A stretch of DNA of 64,000 nucleotides from Paramecium tetraurelia. Its lineage: Eukaryota. The notes under the pieces are model-generated. The model searched no databases, had not been told where the DNA came from, and worked only from the letters and a program-made list of their open reading frames with translations. The stretch is from the NCBI GenBank assembly GCA_000165425.1, contig CT868185.1:1-64000 (forward strand). Reading direction: 5' to 3'. Shown here piece by piece: positions 51,620 through 64,000 of the stretch; position 1 is the stretch's first letter, and every line of letters starts with the position of its first letter. Made by a program: the position numbers and the translations under genes.

Positions 51620-53121
51620 AATTTAAAGGATACTAAAACTGCAATCTAATGCAGCTATTGCACATTTATCTTTTAAAATATTCATTTTCATTGTCTTTGC
51701 TCTCATTTTCATAATTTTATCCCATTTATTAAACTATTCATTTACAAGTAAGATAGCTACAATCGATAAAAATCAATACTTCCATCTTCACAACCTAAAA
51801 TTAGAGACTAATCAGTTGAGCATACGCACCAAGGATTGAGCTTTTTATCTGGATAAGTGATTTTCTTAATTAAATGGTAATTCTCTAAATTCCAAACTGT
51901 GATTTCAGAACCAAAACCGAATAATTAGTTCATTCTTACTATCAAAGCATATTGTGGCTAAGATGTATCAATTTTTTTTAATGGAGTATTTGATTCATAT
52001 TACCAAAAGTATATTAGGTTCTGTCTAACACTTTTAGTCTTCATTTCCCATAAACTGAAACAAAATAGCCTTTTTTAATTGATCAAACACATAGGTCCAA
52101 ATGTAGAACCCTGTATTCTATATTTAATTAATTTACCAGAGTCTAATTTCCATTAATAGACATAGTTTTAAGAGATAACTTAGAAGAATGTATTTGTAGC
52201 AAATATTGATTAAGTTTAGGCACAATAATATAGTTTACTTGGAGTTCCTTAAGATTCTTCAAATTCTAATTTATTCTCCACATATTGATGGTTCACCCAT
52301 TAAAATAGTTTAATATTATGCACGTAGGCTAATACTATTCTATCATTTCCAATTGCAATTGAATCATAAACCCCGTTCTTTTCTTAACATATTTATTATT
52401 TGATTATCTACATCTCAGGATCAAATATTATGTATGGGTTATAATCTCCAGCTGCAATTCCCAATAGGTTATCATTCAACCAAGTGATGCTATACATTCT
52501 TTTAAATTTGAAAGTTGTTGGGATCTCAAAACTATTTGATTTCTCAACTAGATTTTGATTGAGGATTGGAATGTCAACTTATTTTATAAACAATGAGTCT
52601 GTTTCTTCCTTATTAGTAGTTTTAATCAGATCTTGATCATCATCAAAATTAATAGTTTACACTTCTTTAGTGATATTTTAATTCTAATTAAATTACGATA
52701 TACATCTTTAGATTGTTTATTCAAAATGTACTACTTCTTGTAATTTCTCTTTTATTTACTTTATTTGATCTCGAGCAATATAAAAATTTATTAACTGAAA
52801 TAAATATTTCTCCTCCTCATTTTGCAATATCATCATCAGATTTTCTACTTATTTCTTCTGAGAACTCTTGATCAAGTCTTAATATGATGAATTAATCTTG
52901 GAGCTGAGTTATTCTATTGAAATGGGTAATTGATCGTATAATACGATTTACAGTTCTGAAAGCAACGGAAGTGCTTTTTATTGGAAATCCATCAAATCAG
53001 CTTTTAGGACAAATTTATGAGATTCAATGCATTCTATATCATTGCAAATATCACAAACCTCCTTGATCATCTATTACTCAATCAAATAACCTATCTTCTA
53101 ATGACTGCAATTAATTATCAT
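51620..53121 (-). CDS. Hypothetical protein with probable WD40-like beta-propeller
   Basis: ATG 53121 and a coiled-coil segment, then beta-rich repeats ending in WN (QWNLDSGKLI, ITVWNLE). May contain disruptions. Confidence 0.4.
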
Positions 53122-53336
53122 TAATATTTTATTAGTATTTCATTTATTGCAATAATTATTTTTATTATTCAATTCCCAAACTATAAAACAACACTAAATC
53201 CACCCAAAACCTAATATAAATCGATCCCCAAAAAGATTCTAATCAAAACAGATGCAATACAAGTCTTTTAAATTAAGACAATAAATTTTGAATTTATAAA
53301 TAATAAAAAGTTCTATTCTTATTATTATTTTACAAA

Positions 53337-54548
53337 ATGTAAGAACCTTTTGATTTATTTGGATTTTAATTGAATGAATAAATATATCAGTACTCTGATT
53401 CCTCAAATGATGGGTTATTTCAAAATAACAATTAAAATATTGATGCAATTTCAGAATAGGATAATGCCTTGATTTTAAATTAAATAGAATCACCTCCACC
53501 TCAAAAGGAGGATATTGATGTAGTTAGAATCTTAAATTTTGAAGAAGTTAAAGTGTTCATAGATGAATTAATTTGTCCCATTTGCTCTTACATATTGATT
53601 GATCCAAGAATATGTTCGGATTGTAGTCAAGGATTTTGTAAATAGTGTCTTACATAATGGTATCTAAATCTTCATAGATATTGCTTAGGTTCAATAAATA
53701 TCATTTGAAGAGCTGCCCTTGTTGTAGATCTATTTCAAATGAACCAGATGATGGATCAAAAGCCCCAAAACTATTGTTTAAATTGTTGAGCAAATTGAAA
53801 ATAAGTTGTAAATATTAAGTAAAATATTATACCAATCTTAATAATAGAATAATGGTTGTAAGTAGGCCATTTGGTATGAGAGCAAAGAAAAGCACTACGA
53901 AAAAGAATGCGAATATAAAGCAATTATTTGTCAATATTGTTTTGAAATATTTTTGAAAATGGAAAGTGAAACTCACGTAAACCATATTATGTAAAATAAT
54001 AGTTTGAAAAATGTTAATATAAGCCTAAAAAATGTAAATGGTGCTCTAAATCATTTTCTTATTACAAGCACTAAAAACATTAAGATGATTGCTCCCCAAG
54101 AAAATTAACCTGTCCAATCTGTGTATAGGAATTTTCAATTAAGAAGATGGAAGGGCATATTTAATTTTGCTTTCCAAAAAAGTAGTTAAAGATAATAAAG
54201 AATGAACTGTAAGAAAGTATATAAGAAGTTTAAAAGGCAAAATAGGAGATTAAAGAATCAATCAAAGAAATATTAGAGATCGACATGTTTATAAGAAAGT
54301 AGAAATAAAAATGTTAAAAAAAAAAATAGTTAGATGAAATATTGAACAATGAAATTATAAATAGTTTTGAATAACCGGTTTGTTAATAAAAAGATGTAGA
54401 TCCTTAAGAGTTGAATTAAGAGTAAGTTGATTTCTAAGAACACCATTTATAATAACAGATTAAAGATGCTAGCATCCAAATTTAAGAATTTGGAGAGGAA
54501 CAGAAAATAAATAATATCTGCTAGGAAGAAGCAGAGTTTTAGAATTGA
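53337..54548 (+). CDS. RING finger / TRAF-type zinc-finger protein
   Basis: LICPICSYILIDPRICSDCSQGFCKQCL...CPCCR, LKISCKY..NGC, HYEKECEYKAIICQYC and further CxxC..H..C repeats. Confidence 0.85.
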
Positions 54549-54951
54549 CTATTAGTAAAAATTACTTATTATTATTTTTTAATGATTCAATAAATGATGT
54601 ATATTGAAATACGATACCATTCTAAATTGATCATCATCACTTTACAATATATATATATAAGTGTGTTAGTTCTGATTTCACAGTATGAACCACTTTAAAT
54701 TCTCATATTTACAATTTTATTTACACAGAAACATAGTTAATGTAACTTGAGCCTTTTGTACAACTAAATTGTAATCTGCTAACTTGAGTGTAATTAGTAA
54801 CAATGTTTTCATAAGTATCATATTTATTTGCAATATAAAATACTCATCATTTTCATATCTACCTTTGAGATTATCTTATAATTGATAGCGTTGATGTTGG
54901 TGTTATTGATTCTTAAGAAGAATTATAATAAATATTAATTTATATTTTAAT

Positions 54952-55906
54952 ATGAATAAAGAGAAAGATAACTAGGAACTATTAATAGGAAAGGATTGGG
55001 AAGGAAACCAAATTCATATTCATCACAATGATCTTCATAAGGCAGAATATGTTGACGTTTAGGCTATGTTGAATGATACCTTAGATAAATTGGATAAAAT
55101 AGAGAAGATAGAAATATTTATGACCTTCCTTAACTTTACTACAAAAGCCTTATCACTCTACCTCGTCCTCATTTATTATGATACAGTTTTCAAATACGAT
55201 TCTCTATTGCTATTTAGTTATCTCTTATATGCTCTGCTTGAGGTGGTGGCTTTTGGAGCTGCATTTGCAGTTGTTTTGAGTGCTCGTATAATTTCAGCCT
55301 TGTTGGGAGTGAACGTATTCTATTTAGGTAAGATGCAACCTATGATTTAGACAGCTTCATTTATTTACCCATCTTGTATTCTGTATTTAAGTTTTGCTTT
55401 GTGGTAACATTTCTTGTTTAATCATTGACCGTGGTGATCTTTTCTAAGTTTTCCCATTGGGTGTTCCCTTTAGTTTTGGTATAAGAAGCAATTGAAATAT
55501 TAAAATAGATAGCCTCCCTGTTTGTGACTCTGATATTGCAGGTTAGTCGATTGATCCTGATGGTGGGTGGGAAGGTCAGTTCCATATCGAAGTGTTTTGA
55601 TACCAACTGGATATTTAAGATATTGGCTCCTGAGAATTGGCAGAAGGTATGCTATTTAATGCTATGAATAACAAGAGTTACCAATTGACAAGGAATATGC
55701 TGTATCAATTTTTGAATATCTTCGAGGAACTCAACCCAGAATACAAAGAATTTATACAGAAGGGTTACAAGTATCAGAAGCAAGTGATCGAATTGAAGGA
55801 GGACATCGAATGGGCCAAAGATTTCATCAAGAGATCGATCATAGAAAATAACGATGTTCCAGGCAATACTACTTCTAATAGATAATCTCTTGCCGTACAA
55901 CATTGA
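54952..55906 (+). CDS. Hypothetical multi-pass membrane protein
   Basis: Intact after removing introns 55328-55350 and about 55647-55675, which join ORFs 55066-55350 and 55637-55885. Several hydrophobic segments. Confidence 0.7.
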
Positions 55907-56004
55907 ATATGCACTATTATTATAATTATTCGCTTGTACCATAAGCTCTTGATTAAGTAGTATTTTAAAATCAATTCCTAATTCAATTATTATTATCAGA
56001 TTAA

Positions 56005-58843
56005 ATGAGCTATTTATCTCAATCTAGTCGATTGACTTTCCTGTTAATACAACTCAAAGGCAAAGATTTAATTACGCCTGACTAATATTCTCGACTTTGT
56101 GACCATGCGGCTAAAGACAACCCACAATTAAAGGAATTGCTAGTTAACTACGAGAATGGTTTATCGTAAAGTGAGCTAATTGACGAATTGTCTAAAATGC
56201 TAAATAATCAGGATGGGAATGAAAACATCGTCAAATCCTACTTGTAAGTTCTTTAATAATACTGCTTAGTGATTCTATCGTGTGCATATGCAAATAACTC
56301 AAGAACAAGATTAAGGAGTTTTATCGCGACATTAAGGTAAATTGAATCTAAATTAGATCTCAGTAAGATATCAACGAAATTTATAAGGAGTGTTTTATTG
56401 CTCAACATCACTAATAGGAAGTAAAGGATCTCATTCGATTGATTCTCAAGCAATTTTATATCAAAGAGTTCAGCCTGCTCCAGTTTAAGCAAGATCATCA
56501 ATGTCACATTCTATCAAATAATTTTGAATCCACTATAATTAAAGAGGCCCAAGAAATTCAAGAGTTCATTGATTCCCAACCCCATCAATAACTATTAGAA
56601 ACTCCAGCAGATTATCTTAGTTTATTAAAAACAGAAAAACTGCCTTAGTATTGTATAATATCTAATAATGATATCTTTTTCTTATCCTTTACTGAAAAAG
56701 TGAATAACAACTTTAAGCAGTATCTTATGATTACTTCTCTTTATGACTCTATTATTTCAATTATCAAACAAGGAAATCAAATAGTGGGATTAAAAAAGTT
56801 ATAGACTATTAGAATGGAAATACTGCAGTTGGTCTCAAGAACAATCAATATTTTGACATACAAACTAATATTTCATATGTTGGTTTAGATTATGAAATAA
56901 TTTAATTTGTACAATTTGGTTAGCCCGATAGACAAGGAATATTATTAGCAACAAAAGGTGACTAATTATCTATTGTTTACATTTAAAAGTGAATGGAATT
57001 GTGTGTTTATAGAGTTGTAAGGCAATCTTTCCTTATAATTGAAAGAAAAGGTCTAGAGTACGTTTAGAAAGAGTATCAAAAGATATAGTAAAAAATTGAA
57101 ATAGAAAAAGAATTTGTTAGAGTCTTTCTAATAAGTTACTTAGCATAATGAAATGATTATGTGTCTTTTCTTTAACAGTTACTTGTATTTGTATTATATG
57201 ACTGTCTAATGGAATCATGATTAATTTGTGTATGATTTGCATATAAATATAGGTCTCGATTCAAACTATCCAGAGAAATCAATCACGGAGATCCCATTTA
57301 CAAGATCTTTGAGAAGAACCCTGTCATAATATCAAGGGTTAAGGAATTAATTGAATCTAAAAATGACCATTTGGAATTTGATGATGGGTTTTATAAATTC
57401 TCATTGAAGGTTGAGAGAGGAAGAAAACAAGAAGTCAAACAAATTTCAGTCTATTTATTTAACATATAATTGAAAAGGTAATTCTACTTGTTATTTATAT
57501 AAGACCTCTCAATGAGTTGTTACAGATCTTCAGAAGCAAAGTGAAAATACTATTAACACTAAAGAAGGCTACTTTGGCATTTAAATCAAAGCAGTTAATG
57601 ATGGAAAACTAGTTCTTTAGATCGTCAGCTTTGGTGATGTACTTGCCTGATCACGATATGAGAAAACTGGCTATTGTTTATAATTAGGATCATGATTAAG
57701 CCCTAGAGAAATATCGTGCAGCCACAATGAAGAAGAAATCAAAAAAATTATCGTTATTTTTAGCCAAATATGAGGAAGAAGATAAGAAAAATCCAGATGG
57801 ACGAAAAATAGCAATAGATCCTAATTTACAAGAGAGATTATTGGATTACGAATTCAATCTATTAAACAAGAAATAATATAAGAATAAGTTCATTATAGTG
57901 TACAACATCTTTGATATGCTGGAATACACCAAACAATATCCATTGAAAAATAAAGAGTTCATCAATTTTTTAACTGCTCTGAAGTACAAATATAATAAGA
58001 CAGCAAATCCATTTCATAATTTTACTCATGGAGTTAATGTGATGCATGGATGTTTCCTTTTTACTCATCATCCAAAATTCGGATTCTGTTTCAATGATTA
58101 ATAGAGATTTGCAATGACACTTGCTGGTTTATGTCACGATGTTGGACATCCTGGGACAAATAACCTATTTTAAGTAAACACTTAAACCAAATTGGCTTTA
58201 TTATATAATGACAAATCTGTTTTGGAAAATCATCATATAGCAGTCACTTATAAGTTGTTAGCCCTGGAACAATGTGATTTTTTGGAATCAGTCCCTAGGG
58301 CTGACAAACTCATGATCAGAAAATATATTGTGAATAATGTGTTGGCAACCGATAATCAATTTCATTTTAAGATACTTAATGACATCGAGATAAAGTTTGC
58401 TCAATCTTAAGGGGATCCCAAAATCTTTGGTACCTTATTTAACTTATATAATAATTAGAATCTGATGACAACAAGCTGCTTCTAAGTGGGTTCTTGACTC
58501 ATGCAGCTGACTTCTTTGGAGCAGCTAAGTCTTATTAAGTCGCTAGGACATGGAGTGAAAGATTAAGGAGAGAATTTCAGGCTTAGGTAAATTACTGATA
58601 TTATGAATTATAAAGTCTTAATTAGAGGATATAGTGGGTATCGCATAGACTCCGTATCTCAGGAATTTAGATGATGAAGTGCAATATGCCAAAAATGAGA
58701 TCGGATTCTTGAAGGTTATTGTGAAACCAATTTATGAATCCTTGAATTAATTCTCTGATGGTGCGATGTCATTACAATTGGCCAATATCAATTTGAGCAT
58801 CAAAAAATATTCGGAAATCGTTGATTCACGGTAATAATTATGA
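56005..58843 (+). CDS. Class I 3',5'-cyclic nucleotide phosphodiesterase
   Basis: NPFHNFTHG, CHDVGHPGTNN, LYNDKSVLENHH, VLATD, HAAD, EFQAQ. Long N-terminal region. Confidence 0.93.
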
Positions 58844-58878
58844 TATATGATTGTATAAAGCCCTATAAAATACTAATA

Positions 58879-59177
58879 TCATTCTAATTCACTATCTGAT
58901 AGATCTGAATCCTTTCCTGAAAATGCTTCCAATTTTTTATTGATATCTTGCATCAGGTCAATGCTTCGATTAAAAGAATTCCTACATTCCTCTATAGACA
59001 CTCTATTTGTCGTTTTGTTTTAACTATTATCACTTTCTGAACATGGACAACTCACCAAATCCAAATTGTTATCTATTAAATAGATCAATCATCTATACTC
59101 TTGTCTTATTCATTCATAGCTGCTTACTCCTTTTGTTCCTCAATAAGTTACTGATTTCTAGACTATAAACAACCCAT
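58879..59177 (-). CDS. Small (about 90 aa) protein with MGC N-terminal acylation-like motif
   Basis: MGCLQSRNQQL..., one 26-nt intron, TGA at 58879. Confidence 0.65.
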
Positions 59178-59209
59178 TAAATAATAAAATATATATATAA
59201 TTAAAACAT

Positions 59210-60164
59210 TCATTTATATTTCAAAAATATAGCCTCTGATCTACCCTCGATATTATCTACATAAGTACATTTGGCCTTCACTGGGTAGTTTTTCTATTTA
59301 TAAATTATACACTATTACTGAATTATATGCTGTCCCAAAAAATTCATCCATGAAAGTATCACCAAAATTTACTACATAATAAAGATGATGTTTGTAATGA
59401 TCGGAATGGTCGTATTCACTATATGATTTATTATTATTTCATACCCTCCATCGTGTCCCATCATCTCATTTACTGTGATATACTCAAAGAAAAACAAAGT
59501 CATCAAAGGGTGTATGGGTATTATCAGTTCTGCCAAATGCAACACAGTGTTCACTTCGCTGATTCCTTCAAGTGGATGTGTTGCACAAAATCCAAAAGCA
59601 GTGGGTTCTCTGAATGAATGGTGTATGTAATGAACATATTTATAGAGAAATCTGAAGTGGAAAATTCTATGAACCCAATATCCCAAAACTATTCAAATCA
59701 TATAAACTCATACATGTGGTCCAAATATACATAAAGATCATTCCGTATGCAAAGTTCAATAATCCATATTGATTGATCGTATAATAACGATACCAACTGC
59801 AATAGGGATAGACATAATGATAGAAAATCTACGCAAATCACATTAGAATTGTACCATTGAGTAGGCAACTTGTAAAAATATCTATGTTGTTCCATATTTG
59901 ATTTCCCTTTTTATATTTTACATTCTTTTCTAGTTTTTAGGCATTGGATTTTTCCACTCAAATATAGCACTAACCAGCAAATACTGTAATATCCCTACAA
60001 AGGAGTAAGCAGCGATCTGAATTCAAAGTAAATATTACATTATAAACTAATTGGGTTGGATTGGCATTCTCTTAATCACTATATCCAAAGTCAAAGACAG
60101 AATAAGCATTGGTTGGTTAAACACACAAGATCAAAAGGAGAGTGAAAAGAACGATGTTCCTCAT
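59210..60164 (-). CDS. Fatty-acid hydroxylase / sterol desaturase superfamily protein
   Basis: His boxes YWVHRIFH, VHYIHHSF, MMGHDG and H.KHH, plus THPLEG and hydrophobic segments. Confidence 0.88.
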
Positions 60165-60772
60165 TTTACAATTGTTGCAATGAATATAATTTTGAATTGC
60201 AATAAAGATTGTATAAATTAAGATAAATATTTGACGTGACGAGTTGCGCATTCAGAATTTAGATTCAAAAAATTTATAATAAATAAACAAAATAATTATT
60301 AAGTAAATAGTCGATAAATTATGTTATTCTTCCATTTTTAAAAATCTATTACTATAAATTTTAAAAATATCTAAATTAATATCCTAGAATTAACTCTAGA
60401 ATATTGATCAAAATGTTGGATAGTATCGTTGCAAAGGTATCCCCAGAAAATATAGGACTCAAGCATTCTCAAGGATTGGGTAATCATTTTCATTTAAATT
60501 AAGGAATTCTAATCTCATTTATGATGATTTTATTTTAAATGAGATTAACATTGAAAGTAAAATAGAGAAGTTTTGTTAATTATTTGAATCATCTTTTATA
60601 TTTTACAAGACATAATTTAATTGAATTGATGAAGCCCCAATTCTTATTTTGTATTAAGTTTGATCATAAATAATTTCTATTTATTTTATATTATGGTTGT
60701 CTTGCACAGTTAGATAATATTAAAATGTGAAACACATAATTTTAAATCTAATTTAAAAAATCCAAGATTTTT

Positions 60773-61755
60773 ATGAAGGTAACTAAATATGCTTTGCTTA
60801 GTTCAACATTTCCTACCCTTTGACAGGCGCTTAAAAAACAGTCGAAATTGATGATGACAAGAAATGGTAAGAAATTATTGGTGATTATATAGCTCAATAT
60901 TCTTCGATAAGAGAATGGGACAAGTTGTAGAGGCAGACAACTTAGGTGAAGAATACAAAGGATATGTACTCAAGATCACTGGTGGTAACGATAAACAAGG
61001 TTTCCCAATGAGACAAGGAGTCCTATTCAAGGGCAGAGTGAGAATCCTCATGAGAAAGGGACACAAGGGCTACAGACCAAGAAAGGATGGAGAGATGAAA
61101 CGCAAATCAATTAGAGGATGCATTGTAGGTCAAGACATCAGAGTACTTGCCTTGTAAGTCGTAAAGAAGGGTGCCAATGAAATTGCTGGACTCACAGATC
61201 AAAACGTCCCAAGAAGATTGGGTCCAAAGAGATTAACCAAATTGAGAAGATTATTCGGATTCAAGAAGGCTGATGGTGTTGCTATAGTTTAAAAGAATCT
61301 CATTAGAAGAACATGGACCACCAAGGATGGAAAGAAGAGATAAAAGGCTCCAAAGATCCAAAGACTCGTCACCGAATCCAGATTGAGAAGAAAGACCATC
61401 TAAAAGAAGACAGAATAAGCCAGAAAGAACCAAAGCCCAAATAAGCTTTGGAAGCATATAAAAAATTGGCTCATGATGTCCATGAAGCTCACAAGAAGCA
61501 CAGAAAAGCCTCATCAGAAATCAAGGAGAAAGTCAAGGAACAACCAAAAGTAACAAAAATTAAGCTAACCATTAGGCCAAAGACACTAAATAAGTTAAAT
61601 CAACCTAAGCAGCTAAACCAACAACATAAGCTAAGGGTCCTGCTCCAGCCAAAGCAGCTGCTCCAGTTAAAGCAGCAGCCCCAGTTAAGACCACTGCACC
61701 AGCCAAGACTGTACCATAACCAACTCAAAAAGCTCCAACCAAAGCCAAAAAATGA
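60773..61755 (+). CDS. RPS6: 40S ribosomal protein S6 (eS6) with Pro/Ala/Lys-rich C-terminal extension
   Basis: [14 protein letters not shown]..., [41 protein letters not shown]. Introns at 60779-60801, about 60867-60892 and 61550-61575. Apparent +2 frameshift at about 61423-61440. Confidence 0.97.
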
Positions 61756-61809
61756 AAATGATATTATAAAATAAAGTACATTACATAAAATATGATAAAT
61801 TAATAAATA

Positions 61810-62806
61810 TCAATTTGAAAATGAAAACTAGGGAGATTCTTTTTCTTGTTTCTTACCTACAAATTCAAATTTTATCACTTATCTTTATTTAGAAGTTTAT
61901 GGTTAAAATTTAACATGTTCTTCACTCATCTTAGATAAATGTTTTAAAGAGTGAATTTTAGGTTTATTGTTTTGTAAGTCTTTTAGGTAATGTTACTCAA
62001 TTATTAATGAAAAAGGAGGCATTATTTGAGAAAAGTGCGAAAAGTGTCGATTAAATCTATAAAATCCAAGCATCTTCTATTAGAGTACCTAGCACTATCA
62101 TGTTAAATATAAGTGTTTACTTCTTTATATAACTCAAGTATATGTAATTTGTTCTATTTATTATCATTTTAATTTTCGATAAGCGACTTTACATCTTTTA
62201 TTATAAAAATAGCTATGTCTTGCAAATCGTAATATATTTATTTTACTATATCACCAATCAATTAATTGGTTTGAAATGATTCTACGACTTCAATTAAGGA
62301 TTAAATGCTAATTCCTAAATTGCATTAATTTGATAATGCAAAATAAATTAATATATCACCATTGATTACGTCTTCATTAATAAATGTAGTTTAGGAGGCT
62401 AGCTTATATAGATAAAAATAGTATTGTTGGCAGGCTTTTCCTAAAGGAGTGTTGTCGATTTGAATATTAATTTGTTTTGATATTAAAATTTTAGATAATT
62501 CAACTCGAGCTACTGATGAACCTAAAATAGTATGAAGGAAAAGGAGGAGTTTTAACTTTTTTAATAAATTTCCCTCTTCCTAAGTCTCTATTTCAAAAAT
62601 TTTAAATAAGGACTTCAAGAATTATGTCTAGGATAATGGATGCATGATAGTACTTTAATTTGCGCATTCTCGAAAAAGGAGTGCAGACGAATAGAAATTT
62701 ACTAGGAGGATTAGAATTCATTGTTGTTATCGAATATGTTGAGATCTCTGAGGGCCTCCATGGTAGTTTGGGAGTTGCTTGGTAATTCCTTGAAATTAGT
62801 AATCAT
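61810..62806 (-). CDS. ANTH/ENTH-like hypothetical protein
   Basis: LKKLKLLLFLHTILG...LGKACQQYYFYLYKLA resembles ANTH helices. One apparent 1-nt homopolymer frame break at about 62717. Confidence 0.4.
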
Positions 62807-63005
62807 AATAATAGATATTTTCAGTTTATTAATTTTGAGAAATCGATTAATGTTTTTTATGTTTCATAAAGAAATGGTAAGGTTAACAATTTAAGCGAAG
62901 AGAAAATGAATTGGAAATAAATGCTTGTAAATATGAAGAAGATTGTAATTAAGTTATATAGTATAATAATAATTATTCAAATATTTATAAACAATATTAG
63001 GAGAG

Positions 63006-64000
63006 ATGAAGGCTGCTTGTCTATTTTACAATTAAAAAAGTAATAGTTACCTATTTATTTTAGCGTATCTTGGACCAACAATATTTGTGGTGCTGCAAAT
63101 TGGTTTGCATGTATGGGCTTACAAGGAATTCCTATTGTATTATTACATTTTTGGGTTGTTATATTAATGAACTATCAACTAGACCTTTCATGTTTGCTAC
63201 ATGCGGATTGTATTTCATAGTTCGAATCAAAGATCCTGGAACTATTCCAATAGTTAAAGTAGAAATTCCACTTGAGAACAATCAAATTGAAGTATAGATT
63301 GAAAATAACGTAAAAAGAGAAGTACTTAATGCTCAAGCAAATGATGAATCTAATGGTTAGATTTCACTAGATCAATTCAAAGATGGTCCAGACAATGACA
63401 ACACAATTTAAAAGTAATATATAATTTCATATAATTTTCAGATATTACCCAGAATAACAGCAATAACAACAAGCTGACAATCAGCACATCTTATCGGGTA
63501 GAGGAATGCTTTCATCTCCCTCATCTGAATAAGCAAAGATAAATACTCCAAACAAACAAACTTGTATAAGCACCTCAAATGCAGTAAGTCCTCCAACTTT
63601 AGCAGCAGAAAAGAGATTTTGTATGCAATGCTTAAATGAACAACCAATGAGAGCCAAACACTGCCAATATTGTAAGAAATGTATTCCAATGTTTGATCAC
63701 CATTGTCCTTGGATCGGCATTTGCATAGGGGAGAAGAATAAACTGATATTTCTGATCTACTTATTTGTCCAAATTGCCCAGCTGATTGTGGGGATAAGGA
63801 TCTCAGTTCAAAATATTGGATTACTGGTGGTTATGGGGATTATTGTAATCTTACTGATGACTCTATTGGGATTTCATACATTTTATGTTGCTAAGAATAT
63901 TACGACATGTAAAGTGATCAATAATATTAGGGGAATACTTGAGTTGGAAAAGGATTTCGTATATCGACCAGAATTCAAGATACCCATTTGATAAAGGTGT
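63006..64000 (+). CDS. DHHC palmitoyltransferase, 3'-truncated by the window edge
   Basis: KDPGTI, CMQCLNEQPMRAKHCQYCKKCIPMFDHHCPWIGICIGEKN, NITT motif. Confidence 0.95.

Noticed and set aside
53170..53235. CCCAAA/CCCCAA hexamers resembling Paramecium telomeric repeats
   Set aside because: There are only three scattered, non-tandem copies in an intergenic region, so this is not a telomere tract.
55420..55640. Frame with three TGAs upstream of ORF 55637, suggesting selenocysteine or readthrough
   Set aside because: Two ordinary tiny introns give an intact gene that uses a different frame across this stretch.
61436..61446. AAA-TAA motif at the RPS6 frame break, as in Euplotes programmed frameshifting
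   Set aside because: TAA is a Gln codon here, not a stop, and homopolymer insertions explain the shift more simply.
1173..63689. Many Phe/Leu/Ile-rich ORFs in the supplied track (e.g. 3361-3669, 26609-26884, 36066-36503, 49691-49909, 61251-61514)
   Set aside because: They are antisense or off-frame shadows of real genes, produced by applying the standard code and alternative start codons.
1..64000. Transposons, retained IESs, rRNA or tRNA genes
   Set aside because: I recognised no transposase/RT motifs, long terminal inverted repeats or structured-RNA signatures. Short IESs cannot be called without a MAC/MIC comparison.

Overview
This is very AT-rich, gene-dense eukaryotic DNA that reads as a ciliate macronuclear chromosome segment, almost certainly Paramecium. 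In-frame TAA/TAG encode Gln, TGA is the only stop, introns are about 20-30 nt (GT...AG), and many intergenic gaps are tens of bp. The supplied ORF track assumes the standard code and no introns, so it shows only fragments. I re-read genes by hand with translation table 6, and boundaries are approximate. I found about 35 protein genes. They include a TPR-array gene, hormone-sensitive-lipase-like and FAM135-like hydrolases, a possible Hus1, a RING-CH E3 ligase, CFAP20DC, condensin CAP-H, casein kinase 1, a CNBD K+ channel, and a giant coiled-coil protein with a 183-bp tandem array. Further along are two ANTH-like genes, a dual-specificity phosphatase, a Trf4/Cid-type nucleotidyltransferase, a CAMK-like kinase, TMEM43, TOM40, CFAP210, an AT-hook protein, a TRAF-like RING protein, a phosphodiesterase, a sterol desaturase-family protein, RPS6 and a DHHC palmitoyltransferase. 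Several tracts look like decayed genes. Most notable: (i) a TPR gene built from eight consecutive exons of exactly 102 nt, one repeat per exon, with homologous phase-1 introns; (ii) a small secreted 8-Cys peptide invisible to the ORF track; (iii) a 61-aa repeat array with a dimeric higher-order structure; (iv) RPS6 with a histone-H1-like Pro/Ala/Lys tail. I recognised no CRISPR array, rRNA/tRNA gene, telomere tract or transposon. All family calls are by eye, without database searches.
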